Source: Eledone cirrhosa
Taxonomy: Eukaryota
Assembly: GCA_964016885.1 (NCBI GenBank)
Contig: OZ024746.1
Span: forward strand, 40,982,001-41,046,000
Direction of reading: 5' to 3'
Length of the DNA: 64,000 nt
This document shows, in pieces, positions 1 through 13,800 of this stretch. Positions within the stretch are counted from its first letter, which is position 1; the number at the start of each line of letters is the position of its first letter. The notes beneath the pieces were generated by a model. That model did no database searches and was not told the origin of the DNA. It saw only the letters and a list, made by a program, of their open reading frames with translations. The translations under genes and the position numbers were made by a program.

Positions 1-339
1 CCTCATTTGGTCATTCCATGAGAGTATCTTGGTCAGCCTATGAACTTTTCAGCCAATCCTTGTAAGTTTGGGGGGGGGGGGGAGTCGATTAAATCGACCC
101 CAATGTGTTGCTGGTACTTTATTTTATTGACCCCATAAGGATGAAAGGCAAAGATAACTTTGGCAGGATTTGAAATCAGATCATAAAAGGGCATAATCCT
201 ATGCCATAAAGCATGTTGTCTGATGCTCTAACTGATACTGCCAATCCACTGATTAGATTGTAGTGGGTAACAGTAGAGTAGCATTACAGTGGGTCAGAAC
301 AATGATTATACAAAGCAGTCAGTTCATTTATTCTTTGAA

Positions 340-1040
340 TGGCAAAGCATAAATGAACTAAGTGAGAAATTAGGAATAAGAGGGATCAGATGCTGTTTAC
401 TTGAGAGAAGACTACGTTGGTATGGTTACGTGATGCGCATGAAAGACGACAGCTGTATGAAAAAGTGCAGGGTGATCAACATTGAGGGAAGTTACGGAGT
501 AGGTAGATCCAGAAAACCCTGGGACGACATGATAAAGTCCGACCTTGCACCTCTCTAAGACAATGTCACTGGACCGAGATCTTTGGCGCTACGCGGTAAT
601 ACAGAAGACCCGCCTTGCCTATGTACAAAGCGAAACCTACAGTCAGTAGGCACCTCTTAACCAAATATACACCCCAATCCACTACCCCTACTCTATCCTC
701 CCACTCCTACTAACACCACCCTCTCTCTGAACAGTTGATACCACAACATTCAGTCCAAATTAATGAGATAATGAGATCGAGATCGTGTAGGTGTCACGAC
801 AAAAAAAAAACACAGTCCACGCTGTAATGTGGCCATGTAGGTAACACGGTAAAAAGTTCCCAGTTCCACACTGTAAATGTGGTTGGTGTTAGGAAGGGCA
901 TCCAGCCGTAGAAAACCTGCCAGATAGTCCTATATGAGTGAGACATGGTCACCCGACCAACCTTGCCTCAAGTGGGACAACTCCCGTCTAACCCATGCTA
1001 GCGTGGAAGATGGACGTTAAACGAAGATGATGATGATGAG
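340..1040 (+). mobile_element. 5'-truncated 3' fragment of RTE LINE (same family as 10865-14748)
   Basis: Translation SINELSEKLGIRGIRCCLLERRLRWYGYVMRMKDDSC closely matches the C-terminus of the 11045-14230 ORF; shared 3' UTR motif GTTGGTGTTAGGAAGGGCATCCAGC and (GAT)n tail at ~1025-1039. Confidence 0.9.
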
Positions 1041-1199
1041 TCTAATTATAACGTGAGCTGTCTCAGTGGCTGAAAGATACAGTAATACAGTACTAATGAC
1101 CTTATTCTATTTTAGGTCAAAAATAAAACCTATATCAGTGAAATATGAGCTCTGAACAATAAACACACTTCATAATTTGCTATTGTCATGTGCCTGCTT

Positions 1200-1375
1200 T
1201 GAGGCATAGAGTTATGGTCCTTTACATTCTGAGTTCAAATCCCGCCGTGGTTAGCTTTGCCTTTCATCCTTACGGGATCAATAAAATAAGCACTTGTGAG
1301 GACTGGGGTCGATTTAATTGATTTTCCCCTTCCCTTCAAATTGCTGACCTTGTGACTACAGTAGAAACCATTATT
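1200..1375 (+). mobile_element. tRNA-derived SINE, degenerate copy of the main window SINE family
   Basis: B-box GAGTTCAAATCC followed by core GCCTTTCATCCTTACGGG..ATAAAATAAG and 3' end GTAGAAACCATTATT. Confidence 0.75.
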
Positions 1376-2972
1376 ATGTGGTACTCTCTGCTTTTCCTTC
1401 CATAATGCTCATATCCTATGGTTTTCCCCCGAGGATAAAATTTAAAATTTCCATTCCGCTTCCACTAAAATCCCTTATATCACATTTAAATAAATTGTTT
1501 TTGATCATTATAATGTCAAACTTTTTCTTGACTCTACAATAAACAATTAAGGGCATGACAATCTCTCTAGTGTTGGTGACATGATAAAATATGCCTAGTG
1601 TACTCTGTTAAGTGGTTGGTGAAAACTTATGAAACAAAGGGTCAAAGACATAATATCTCACATGCTGGTATCATGATAAAATGCACCCAGTGCACTGTAA
1701 AATGGTTGGTGTTAGGAAGGGCACAAACCAGAGCCTGAGAAGGGTGTCCTGCCATTACTTTGTTCTGTGGCCCAAGAGCTAAGAAGGGCCCACAGCAACC
1801 ATGCATCATCCATTTTGAGAAAAATATTTGCCTGCTTTGTGCCCCAAAGCTTGGAGGCCTTGCATCAAGCTGTTCAAAATTTTCTAAATAAAGGGCAGGA
1901 CTTCTTCAGTTGCATCAAAGACATGACAGCCCCCTTCATGCTGGTGTCACAGTAAAATACATCCAGTGCTCTTTGTAGAATGCAGGAACATATGTAAGTG
2001 AGGTGTGCCACCAACCATGCCAGTAAATATGAGAGGTCAGTAACAACAGCACATACAGCCCTTGTTAGCAGGGAGAATAGATGTTAAATAATGACGACGA
2101 TGATGATGAAACTGAGAGGACATTAATGTTTATCACTTTGAACATAAAATTAACTTCTCTGGTGGCTTCCTCCACCCCCATCATTAATCCTTCTCCAGAA
2201 AAGCCTATAAAAGATATGTATAAAACTCAAAAGATGCAGGCTAGACAGATTAGGTAGCTTATCCTGAATATAAGGACTTATACAGAACTGCAAGGTAACA
2301 CCCCAACATCTTTGTTATACTTTTAACATTTACTGTCCAATTCACTATTTTCTACAGTTTATACAATGCTTCAAGAAAATTAAAACAGACTCTTAAAAAA
2401 CAATGTTTCAGTAAAAAAGTTACAGAGATTACAGGCACAAATTACATATGATTTGTTGGTAGTTGTGCTGTAAGTTGTTTCACTCAGCTTATAATATAGG
2501 TCTAATGTAGTATACTTATTGATTAGTGGGAATCAATTATTTGAGAGAAAAATCAATATACATGCAGCATATCAAATATACCATGCTTCAGTCTGGTATG
2601 TCTTTCATGTTGTGACCATATAGTATTGGCAAAAGGATTGGTAGAGTAGTGATGTGAACACTCCTTCTTTGAGAGAGAAAAAGAGAGAGGGGAGAGAGGG
2701 GGAGGAGAGGGAGAGGGAGGGAGGGAGCAGAAATTAGCTTCAGAATTATCAGACAGGAAACCTCCTAGTCCACATGTTCTTGATTTAGCTAAAGTCACCC
2801 AAGGTCCAGGTGTTGGTGTTCAACTGAACAATAGTAGAGTGTTTATTGAGAGAGATTTAACAGGTGATATCTGGAAAAAGATAAATGCTTCAAGAAGCAA
2901 AAGATAAAGACAGTTGGAAAATGGTGCTGTAGAATCACATACCAACAGAGAGGAATACATTTAAAATATTAA

Positions 2973-3180
2973 CCCTTTAGCAATTAAACCGGCCATATCT
3001 GGCCAGAATTCTCTCACCTCTGTCTGTTCATACTGATCATAACCAACAACTCATACTGATGTTAAGGTATTGTTCTCAAAATAGATAATATCAAAATCTT
3101 GTAGATTCAATATTATGTGAGATAAAGTGTTTACCGTAAAAATACAATACTAAATATTAAGTAATGTAAATGCTAAAGAG
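2973..3180. mobile_element. piggyBac-type MITE (TTAA target)
   Basis: TTAA|CCCTTTAGCAATTA ... TAAATGCTAAAGAG|TTAA imperfect terminal inverted repeats; internal sequence homologous to the copy at 56549-56769 in opposite orientation. Confidence 0.75.
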
Positions 3181-3197
3181 TTAAAGAAGTTCTTTAC

Positions 3198-3338
3198 CTT
3201 TTGTGCCACAGGCATTTTCCAGAGATTTTCTAAATAGTCATTATCAACATCTAACACAGGCAAGCCAAGTTTCAACCCAAGAATTCTACCAACAGTTGTT
3301 TTTCCACAGCCAGGACTTCCAAGTAATATTATATTTTT
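3198..3338 (-). CDS. THNSL1: Threonine synthase-like 1, coding exon 2 (N-terminal shikimate-kinase-like domain)
   Basis: TTTCAG acceptor at 3339-3340, GT donor at 3196-3197, 141 nt phase 0-0; KNIILLGSPGCGKTTVGRILGLKLGLPVLDVDNDYLENLWKMPVAQK has a Walker A motif and closely resembles the animal THNSL1 N-terminus as I recall it. Confidence 0.85.
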
Positions 3339-5062
3339 CTGAAAGAAGTAAAATATATAAATAGAGCAGTAAGTATATGTGGTCAGAATGTCTAAGGAAA
3401 GAATCACTGGACAGCTTTTATGGGCAAAATAAACCAGCCATAGACCCAGGGGTTGACACTGAGCAAGATGGTTGGATAACATCCAATGGCTCAGTTGGTC
3501 TCACTTGGGGATTCAGCTACATCCATTGGAGACGGTTGCTTCTGTCAGGATACGCTGGAAGGCGTGCTTGAGGACTCTGCCCCACGACCCTCCTAGGAAT
3601 AAGTTGCCAAAGAAGAAGTATATGTTCTATTGGTATATGCTCAAATTATAGGTCCAAGATAAAGAAATATTATATAAAAGGATTAGCTCCCTTTATTTCT
3701 TTTATCCTCCTGAAAGAGGAGAGCAATCAAACAACATGGAAGCAAGAGAGAAGGAAGGCATCTAGATGGTTATAGCAGTGGAGTTAGTAGTATTTATGTC
3801 AATTAGACACTGACTGAGGCTTGATCAACCTCAGTTGTCTTACTTGGATACACAACAATTTAGGTCGCTGAAAACTTATGTCATTCACCATACAATTTAA
3901 TTATTATGTTAATATATGAAACACTAAGTTATGAAATATTTCTAAACTGAAACAGCTGGTGAGATGATATAATAGAAAGATATAAATTTACTCTGTTGAA
4001 TAAACCAGCCAAATAAATGTCAATAAAAACATCTGCATGAATCAAATATAATTAAAATGTTTTCTTGCTATAAAGGATTATACACCATAAATAAAACAAT
4101 TAATATTTGGAGACAAACTATAGCATTGCTATTTTTTTTTCAAATTATAAATCAAATTCAATGATATACTGTAGCTGCTGAGTCAGAAGAATCCAGGGAA
4201 AAACCCACGGACAAACTTTAAAAAAACTTATTTAATAGATAATAGTTTGTTTCATTGTTGTATTTAAGATTTTGAATAAAATATGATTAATTTTTCATTA
4301 ATTTTTCATACACATAATATTGCAGCAAATATCACAAGCTTTTTATATTTATGGGATCAACAGTAGATCCTCAAATTGACAGTTTTTGTGAGTTTTTTTT
4401 TGTCAACAACTGTCAAAACAACAGACAAACTAGTAACATCAGCCATAACTATGTCATCACCTTTCTGACCAATAAGTGCATCTACTTTATCAACAGATGT
4501 GCTTATCATATCACCTTTCAGCCAATCAGTGAGCCAGACTGATAATATATTAACGAGTGTCACTAATAAAAGCTTCCATTAATATGCAATTTGACTAGAT
4601 TAGTATGTTAATTACTGTATATACTTGAATATAAGCTGAAGAATATGTCACCAAAAATCCAATGGCAGCTTATATTCAGGGTTACATGCCATGACAATGA
4701 AATTGGGGAGATCAAAATTGTTGGAAGCCCATCAGATGGACAGTACCCATAATTTGAAGGGCCAGTTTTGTCAGACGATGTATGTCATTGAATCTCCCTG
4801 AGAATTATGTTATGGGTACATGAATGCTCAGTCAATTATATGTTAATTTCATGAGCGAGTTATTCTACTGATTGAACGACTGGAACACTCATCATTGAAA
4901 CTGATGGAAGTCCATTCCATAATTTTATCACATTTTTTCTTCTTTGCTATCGACACTACAAGAATCATAGCAATTTCTGCTGCAAATACTTTACTCTTTG
5001 TTTGATCTATACTTCACTCTAAGAAAGAAGGAATGCAATCTGTTCTTTAATCAACCCATATA

Positions 5063-6370
5063 CAGGGTGTGGACGATATTTATTCACAATTTTCAACTGC
5101 TAATTTTATGCAAATTTTTTTTACTTCCATTGTCACTCTTGTCTTCATAAAAACAGTGACTATATTTCCATTATTTATTTTCAGAATAATTGATTATGAA
5201 TAATTTTGAACCTCCAAATTTGTGGAAGAGACACGGAGTTCTTCTTGGAATCTGCTCTGGGAGGACAAATAAGGAAATTTCAGACTTTCTCAGCGTCAGC
5301 AGGAGAATGGTGGAAAAGGTCAGAAATAAATTGGAAGATTCTGGATTCGACTACGTAGCAACATCAGAGAGGAAAACACATGATCGATGATCTGATGCCT
5401 TCAGAATGCCTGAGTTTGTCGCTGAAGTTCAGGATATCATCAACAATGAACCTAGCAAGTCGATGCGTGCCATTGCAAGGGAGAAAGGCGTGGATGAAAA
5501 GCTCATTAGGCTGCTGGTACATGAAGACATTCGCTACGTTTCATACAAGATGAGGGAAGGACAATTTCTGTCAAAGGCGATGCAAGAAAAGCGACTGAAG
5601 CACGCAAAGAAGCTGATCAACAAGTTGAAACACCCACTGGAGCCAGACATGCTATGGTTTTTCTACGATGAGAAAAACTTCTGCCAAGACCAGAAGATCA
5701 ACTCCCAGAACAACAGGTGGCTCGCTGTCTCATCCAAAGACGTGCCCAGAGTCATGCAGACAAAGTTTCCAGCGACAACATTGGTCTTAGGTGTCGTCAG
5801 CAGTCAAGGTGACGTCATGCCACCTCACTTCTTCCCTGAGGGCCTCAAGCTGAACACCGATGGCTACATCCGCGTTCTGAGCGAGGTAGTAAAGCCCTGG
5901 ATTGACCAGGTAGCTGCAGGTAGGCCGTATGTGTGGCAGCAAGACTCAGCGCCCTGCCATACCAGCTGAAAGACCCAAGCCTGGCTGTCAGAGAACTTCG
6001 TCGACCACACTTCACCTGACATCTGGCCTCCCAGCTCGCCTAACTGCAACCCCCTTGACTTCTTTGTGTGGGGCGTAGTGGAACGAGACACCAACAGATC
6101 TAGTTGCAATACGAAAGACGATCTGAAGGCCAGGATCACAAGTGCCTTTAGGGGCCTAAGTCGGGGGGACAGTGACGAAGGCCTGTAGCTGGTTCCGAGG
6201 CCGCCTTGAGGCTGTCATCAAAGCCAATGGCAGGTTTATCGAGTGAGATCGAAAGAACAAGTCATGAAGACAAATTGACCCAAGTTTGATAAATATATCT
6301 TAAAAAATAAAACTACTGTGTTATTTTTTCCTAGACAGTAATCTTGCAAACAAATATCATCCACACCCTG
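5063..6370 (+). mobile_element. Tc1/mariner superfamily DNA transposon, DD37D (maT) type, full length but inactivated
   Basis: TA|CAGGGTGTGGACGATATTT ... AAATATCATCCACACCCTG|TA TIRs with TA duplication; transposase motifs FYDEKNF, QQDSAPCH, WPPSSPNCNPLD with 37 residues between the 2nd and 3rd Asp; in-frame TGA at 5388-5390 and 5967-5969 and a +1 frameshift in the G-run near 6163. Confidence 0.92.
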
Positions 6371-7051
6371 TATAGCATTTCAATAAACATCAAATTGAAA
6401 AAGAGTGCCTCTTGCTTAATATAACATTACCATTCCCCTATGCATATAAATTGCATACTTGAAAAAAAAAAAAAATTATTCTGAGATGCTTGAATTACTT
6501 CACTGCTTATTAAATTATGCTGAATTCTTTACTGTCTGATTATATTCCTGGGAATATATGAATATCTTCTGTCAAGCAGAGTCACATGACTATAAAAAGC
6601 CAAGGCGTATCAGGAGTGTAGTAGTGTGAGGGGGAGTACATCAACATAGTCATCAGCACATCAACTCGCCCACTAGGGTTAGATGAGTTGTCACGCTTTT
6701 TGATTTGGCTGGCCAGACAGGTGACTTAGTATTTAGCAAATGTTGTCAAAGTGATATCAGATATTTGAATGTGTTAATCAATGTTAAGTCTGTTTCTTTC
6801 TCTTTGGTAAAGGTGGTCAATAACTATAGGAGAGGTGATCAATGTCAAATACTATTGATGTAGACACTTCTGATAGCAGTCAGCAGTATAGCTTCCAAAT
6901 CAATTAGATTAAATGTTGATGAGTAATACTGCTATTGTAAACACATTGAGAGATATTGATTTATCATACAGCAAATCTTTGAGTACCATAGTTTCTTCTG
7001 ATATAATGTTCCCTAGTTATGCATTCCTTATTACAAGCACTACCATCTTAA

Positions 7052-7898
7052 CCCTTTAGTATTTACATTACTCTATATTTACTATTGTATTTTTGCGTAA
7101 ACGCTTTACCTCACATAATATTGAATCTATGAGATTTTGATATTATTTATTTTGAGAACAATAACTTAATGTTGGTATGAGGGGCTGGTTGGGGCCAGTT
7201 TGAAAAGAAAGAGATGAGAGAATTCTGGCTGGATACGGCTGTATCATACATTAGAAATATAATTGTTTCTACTTTTGGCACAAGGCCAGCAATTACCCAG
7301 TACATTACTGGTACTTTATTTTATCGACCCCGTAGGGATGAAAGGCAAAGTTGACCTCGGCGGGATTTGAACTCAGAATGGAAAGGGCTGTAATTCTATG
7401 CGTCAAAGCATGACGTCCGACCCTCTACCGATACTGCCAATCCAATAAATAATTGTTTCTACTTTTGGTACAAGGTCAGCAATTATCCCAGTGTATTACT
7501 GGTACTTTATTTTATCGACCCCGTAAGGATGGAAATTTCAACTTCAGACTCACTTTTGGATTATCAAGTATTTTTATTCAGATTCTCAATGTTATAAGAT
7601 AATATAACACTCTCTTTAAATAATGTTCTAAGTGAGAGGATATACAATGTATATCTGCTTTTGGTTGTTTTATGTATCATATATACTTGTGTATATGGTG
7701 ATCTGAATAAAAGCAAGTTTCTCAAATGTATCCGTATGCATCACACCATATATTTTGGTGCCATTTTTATGAGATTTTGATATTATTTATTTTGAGATCA
7801 ATACCTTAGCATAAGTATGAGCAGCTGGTTACATCCAGTTTGAACAGAAAGAGGCAAGAGAATTCTGGACCGATATGGTTGGTTTAAATGTTAAAAGG
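7052..7898. mobile_element. Rearranged piggyBac-type MITE pieces with SINE insertions between them
   Basis: TTAA|CCCTTTAGTATTTA left end at 7052 and TTTAAATGTTAAAAGG|TTAA right end at 7898; internal segments homologous to 56549-56769; SINE copies at 7260-7535. Confidence 0.55.
7260..7445 (-). mobile_element. tRNA-derived SINE (Meta/MESC-like core), full copy; a partial second copy follows to ~7535
   Basis: Reverse complement shows A-box TGGCAGTATCGGTAGAG, B-box GAGTTCAAATCC and core GCCTTTCATCCCTACGGGGTCGATAAAATAAAGTACCAG. Confidence 0.85.
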
Positions 7899-8019
7899 TT
7901 AAATATAAGTTGACTCCCTGTTTTATCTATTTTTTGTCACGTATTTCTTGGCTTATATACAAGTATATATGGTAATCTTGATATGATCTGCTAATACCAT
8001 CCTTGGTTAGTGGTTTATC

Positions 8020-10125
8020 TTTATATACACAAAAGCCTTCCCTAGTGAGGAATGTATATCCCAACATAGCTTAGTTGTCAGCGACCTCACGGTCAGAACT
8101 AGACGAACCCGGAAACAGAGGCCAACCTGGAGAAGAAAGATCTGGAAGCTGAAAGTCCCCTCAACCAGTAACAGATTTAAAGATATTTTACTACAGACAT
8201 TTAATGTAGAAGAGAACTGGGAGTTCCTAAAAAATAATTTACTAGAGGCGACGGATGAGGTCTGTGGCCGGAGTAAGACCTCAAGCAGGAGGAGAGTGAC
8301 TTGGTGGTGGAACAATAAGGTAGATGAAGCAGTTAAGGCCAAGAGACAGGCATGGAAAGAATGGAAGAATGGGGGGAGCAGGGTACATTACATAGAGACC
8401 AAGAGGGAAGCTAGGCGACAAGTATACTTAGCTAGGAGGGAAGCAGAGGATAGAAAATTCAAGCATGTTTTGCAACGTGAGGACCAGAAACAGGAGGTAT
8501 TCAAGATTGCGAGGCAGTGTGTCAGAGATAGTTGTGATGTCATTGGAGAGAAGTGTATCCGGAATGATAAAGGTGAGCTTGCCCTCACAAGTGCTGAGAA
8601 GAAAGATGCATGGAAGAGCCATTATGAAAGATTACTAAATGAGGAGAATGCATGGGAAGAAGAGACCCTACCCCAAGTAGACCCTATAGAGGGACCAGCA
8701 GTACAAGTCAGCAGCAGCGTAGTAAGTAAGGCAATCAAAGATATGAAGATGGGGAAGGCAACCGGTCCATCGGGTATAGCTGCCGAGATGCTGAAGGCAT
8801 CTGGGTCTGTAGGTCACACTATAACCACACATATCGTTAACCAGGTAATACTAGAAGGTGCCATACCAAAAGATTGGTGCAGTAGCATCATTGTCAACTG
8901 CTACAAAGGTAAAGGCGATGCACTAGATAGAGGAAACTATAGAGGTATAAAGTTGATGGACCAGGTCATGAAAGTAACAGAAAGAGTTATAGCACAGCTG
9001 ATTAGGGACCGGGTGAAAATAGACGAGATGCAATTTGGGTTTGTACCAGGAAGAGGCACCACTGATGCCCTCTTCCTTGTGAGGCAATTACAGGAAAAGT
9101 ACCTAGCTAAAAGTAAGCCACTCTACTTGGCATTTGTCGACCTTGAGAAAGCCTTTGACAGAGTTCCACACGCTGTAATCTGGTGGGCTCTTAGAAAACT
9201 AGGAGTAGATGAATGGCTTGTGAAAGTGGTACAAGCCATGTATAGAGGAGCAGCCAGCAAAGTTAGGATTAGCAATGAGTATAGCGAGGAATTTAGCGTA
9301 CAGGTTGGGGTCCACCAGGGCTCTGTTCTTAGCCCTCTCCCGTTCATCATAGTCCTGCAGGCAATAACGGAGGAGTTTAAGACCGGATGCCCATGGGAAC
9401 TCCTGTATGCTGATGACCTTGCACTCATAGCTGAATCTATGGTAGAACTAGAGAATAAATTCCAAACTTGGAAGCAGGGACTAGAAAGAAAGGGTCTCAA
9501 AGTCAACATGACAAAGACTAAGGTCCTTGTAAGTAGATGAGAAAACAGAACCCAGATCCCCTCAGGGAAATGGCCTTGCTCAGTATGTAGGAAAGGTGTA
9601 GGTAGGAACTCCATTCTCTGCCCCAAATGCAAACAATGGGTACACAAGAGATGTAGCGGGATCTCAGGAAGCTTAATTAAGAATATAGGATTCACATGCA
9701 GCAGCTGTGCTGAGACAGCAAGCAGCAAACAGCCACAGGAAACAAGTACCACCAATCTCTGGGAGGGCCCTGTAGAAACAGTAGACAGCTTCTGCTACCT
9801 AGGTGACCGAATTAACAGCGGAGGTGGGTATTCAGAAAGTACAATAACTAGGGTAAGAACGGGATGGAAGAAGTTTAGGGAACTACTACCACTGCTAGCT
9901 GCAAAAGGCTTCTCCCTCAGAATGAAAGGCAGATTGTATGATGTGTGTATCCGAACAGCGATGTTGCATGGTAGTGAGACCTGGGCGCTGAAGGTGGAAA
10001 ACTTACGTAGATTAGAGAGAAACAAAGCCTGCATGCTCCGATGGATGTGCAACAGTAATATACGTGAACGACAAAGCATAAATGAATTGAGAGAGAGACT
10101 GAGCATAAGAGGAATCAAATGCAAA
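8020..10125 (+). mobile_element. Truncated, decayed RTE LINE (related to 10865-14748)
   Basis: ORF 8296-9540 contains RT motifs (FVDLEKAFD, QGSVLSP, YADD); premature TGA at 9538-9540, then the Cys/His finger and ETWAL..RWMC segments; lacks most of the endonuclease and the tail. Confidence 0.92.
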
Positions 10126-10864
10126 CGTGGAGAAACAGATGTGCAAATTAACATGATGATGAATTTCTCTTAATCATCCATTGATTTTGGCTATGACTGT
10201 TCCAGTTATATGATCAATGAAACAGCTTGCTCATGAAATTAACATCTAAGTGGATGTATATACCACAGGCACATGTACTTTTAATGTAGTTCTCAGGGAA
10301 ATTCAACATGACAGTGCATGACAAGGCTGGCCTGTTGAATTACAGGTACACTCTATTCGAAGGATTTCTAAACAGTTTCCATCTACCCAATTTCAAACAA
10401 GGCATGGGTCAACCTAAAGCTATGATAAATGGTAATTGCCAAAGATACCAAGCAGTGGGATCGAACCTGGGACCATTTAGCCATGCTGCCTCTACTGATG
10501 ATGATGATGATAAATTAATGAGATTAGCTTTACAACTACAGCTAACTTTTACATTATTCAGGTCGATGAATGATGTTGTTGTTGATTAGTTTAGTTCAAC
10601 TCTGATCAAGCAGACCTATGATCAAAAGTTATTTAAGCTGTGACCATTCCATCTTTGTGGTTTTTTTAGATAGAGTATCTAAGAGTGCATCATCCAATGC
10701 ATCCTCATGTTAAGATGCTATGGTGTAATTTAAAGATTTTGTAGCTATTTCTAGTAGCTCAATCAACAACATAGAAGCTCCTTCATTGGTTTGAAAATCT
10801 TTTGCTTGTTGTGGTTTAGTTGAAGGTCAACTCTGACCATACAAACCTATTACGAAAGACATTC

Positions 10865-13800
10865 AAATAATTCTGCTCCTCGCAAACTACCCCATACCCC
10901 TCCCTCCCGCCCCCACTCTCCACCTTATTATTTGGACCAATCACAAGTAAACGACCTATGCTAGCTCTTCTGGTTGCTTTTTCGATATGATGGATGAACT
11001 AGGGAATTTCTGGAGAGTCAGAAGAATCTGGACACCCAAAGACAATGCAAAAGATAACGACAAATTCACCTCATGCTGCCGGACGAAAGGGCAAAGCCCT
11101 ACCCTCTTTGTTGCGGCCGCGGATGGCCAACCTAACCCCAACCCCATCAACCACACCCCTCCCTGCACCCCACCCACCAAATGCAATCCAAAACTTCAGA
11201 GTTGGTACCATGAATGTAGGGACCTTAAAAGGCCGCTCAAACGAGGTTGTAGAAATGCTTGAACGTAAGGAGGTTGATGTCTGCTGCATCCAAGAGACCA
11301 GGTGGAGGGGCGGGTCTGCTAGATTCATTGTGGGTAAAAAACGATGCTATAAGCTTTTCTGGGTGGGAAATGACAATGGGCTGGGTGGGGTAGGAATCAT
11401 GTTAGCAGAAAAGTGGGCAGATAAGATAATAGACGTAAATAGAGTGAACGACAGAATAATTAAAATAAGACTTGTCCTCAATAAAACTACGGTGACAGTA
11501 ATATCTGCGTACGCACCCCAATCCGGACTGCCCGGCGCTATAAAAGACAGATTCTACGAGACACTGATGCTCGCTACCTCCCAAATAACCGACAGTGACT
11601 ATATAGTTATTGCAGGCGACCTAAATGGTCACGTTGGACAACATTGTGACGGCTATGACGGAATCCATGGAGGCTACGGGTTCGGTACTAGAAATGAGGA
11701 AGGCTCCAGAATCCTGGAATTCTGCGACGCAAATAACTTAACTATCTGTAACACTAACTTCAAAAAACGAGACAATCACTTGATCACCTATAGATCGGGG
11801 GAACACACAAGCCAGGTAGATTATATCCTTACCAGAAGACGTGACAGAGTGTCTGTTGTTAACACTAAATCCCTCCCCCATGAAGAATTCACCTCCCAAC
11901 ATAGACTGATGATTAGCGACCTCATAGTCAGGACGAGACGTACTAGACAGCGGAAGAGGACTATCCTCAGGAGAAAAATATGGAAGCTAAAGGACCCCAT
12001 AGCCAGAAATAAATTTCAAAGCATATTACTTGACGCTTTCGATAGTAAGGAAGAGCAATTAGAGTCGTATAATATAGAGGAACAGTGGGAATTCCTGAGA
12101 GCAAACCTGCTGACGGCGGCAGACGAAGTCTGTGGCTGGAGCAGGCCTGTAGGTAGGAGGAGAGTAACATGGTGGTGGAACAGTAAGGTGGAGGGGTCAA
12201 TTAAGGCCAAAAAGCAAGCTTGGAAAGTATGGCGGGATGGGGGAAGTAGAGAAGACTATCAAGTGGCCAGGAGGGAAGCTAGGAGACAAGTGTACTTAGC
12301 AAGAAGGGAAGCTGAGGAAAGAAAGTTCAAGCATGTTCTACAACGTGAGGACCAAAAACGTGAGGTGTTCAGGATTGCCAGGCAATGTGTCAAGGAAAAC
12401 CGTGATATTGTCGGGGAGAAGTGTGTACTTAACGATGATGGCATACTTGCCATCACCGACGCTGATAAGAAGGTAGCTTGGAAGTGTCACTACGAAAGGC
12501 TTCTAAATGAGGAGAACAAATGGGAGAAAGACAGTCTCCCCCACATCGACCCAATAGAGGGACCAGCAGTGTTAGTCCAGGGTAGTACAATAAGCAAGGC
12601 AATCAAAGATATGAAGACGGGTAAGGCGGCTGGTCCTTCGGAAATAGTTGCTGGGATGCTGAAGGCAGCTGGTTCGGTGGGACACACCATGGTCACCCGG
12701 ATAGTTAACCAAGTCGTACAGAATGGGGTTGTTCTGAAGGACTGGCGTAGCAGCATCATCGTTAACTGCTATAAGGGAAAAGGAGATGCCCAAGATAGGA
12801 GTAACTATAGAGGCATTAAATTAATCGACCAGGTCATGAAGGTCACGGAAAAAGTAATAGCGCAACTAATCAGAGAGAGAATTGATCTAGATGAAATGCA
12901 GTTCGGGTTTGTGTCAGGCAAAAGTACCACAGACGCTCTTTTCATTGTACGACAACTACAGGAGAAGTACCTAGCTAAAAGTAAACCCCTATACTTAGCT
13001 TTCGTCGACTTGGAGAAAGCCTTCGACAGAGTCCCCCGTTCCATTATCTGGTGGTCTCTTAGAAAACTAGGTGTTGACGAATGGCTTGTGAGAGCTATAC
13101 AAGCCATGTATAAAGAAACAGTCAGTAAGGTTAGAATTAACAACGAATATAGTGAAGAGTTTAGCGTAAAAGTTGGTGTCCATCAGGGCTCTGTTCTTAG
13201 CCCCCTACTATTTATTATTGCCCTTCAGGCTATAACAGAGGAGTTCAAGACCGGCTGCCCATGGGAACTCCTATACGCAGATGATCTAACGCTCATAGCT
13301 GAATCAATGACCGAACTAGAGAAGAAATTCCAAACATGGAAGCACGGCCTAGAATCAAAAGGCCTTAAAATTAACCTGGCTAAGACTAAAGTTCTAGTTT
13401 GTAGGAAAGAAAATAAGGCGGCGGTCCCATCTGGGAAATGGCCATGCTCAGTGTGTAGGAAAGGCGTAGGTAGAAACTCCATTTTATGTCCCAAATGCAA
13501 AGTATGGGTGCATAAAAGATGTAGTGGGATCACAGGTAAGCTAACTAAGAACATAGATTTTACATGTGGCCGGTGCTCTGGTGCAATAAGTAGCAGCAAG
13601 TGCCCACAAAATACTAGCTCCTTCAACTGCGCAGAGGGTTCTATAGAAATAGTGGACAGCTTCCATTACCTGGGTGACAAAATCAGCAGTGGGAGAGGGT
13701 GCTCTGAAAGTACAGTAGCTAGAGTCAGAACTGGATGGAAAAAGTTCAGAGAGCTTATACCACTATTAGCCGCTAGAGGGTTCTCCCTAAAAATGAAAGG

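Noticed and set aside
2553-2880. Possible next THNSL1 exon after the CTTTTTCCAG acceptor-like site at ~2871
   Set aside because: All three minus frames stop quickly and show no THNSL1-like sequence; the next exon is probably outside the window
3150-3482. Stand-alone or horizontally acquired bacterial shikimate kinase
   Set aside because: The similarity is bounded by canonical splice sites and fits the N-terminal domain of animal THNSL1
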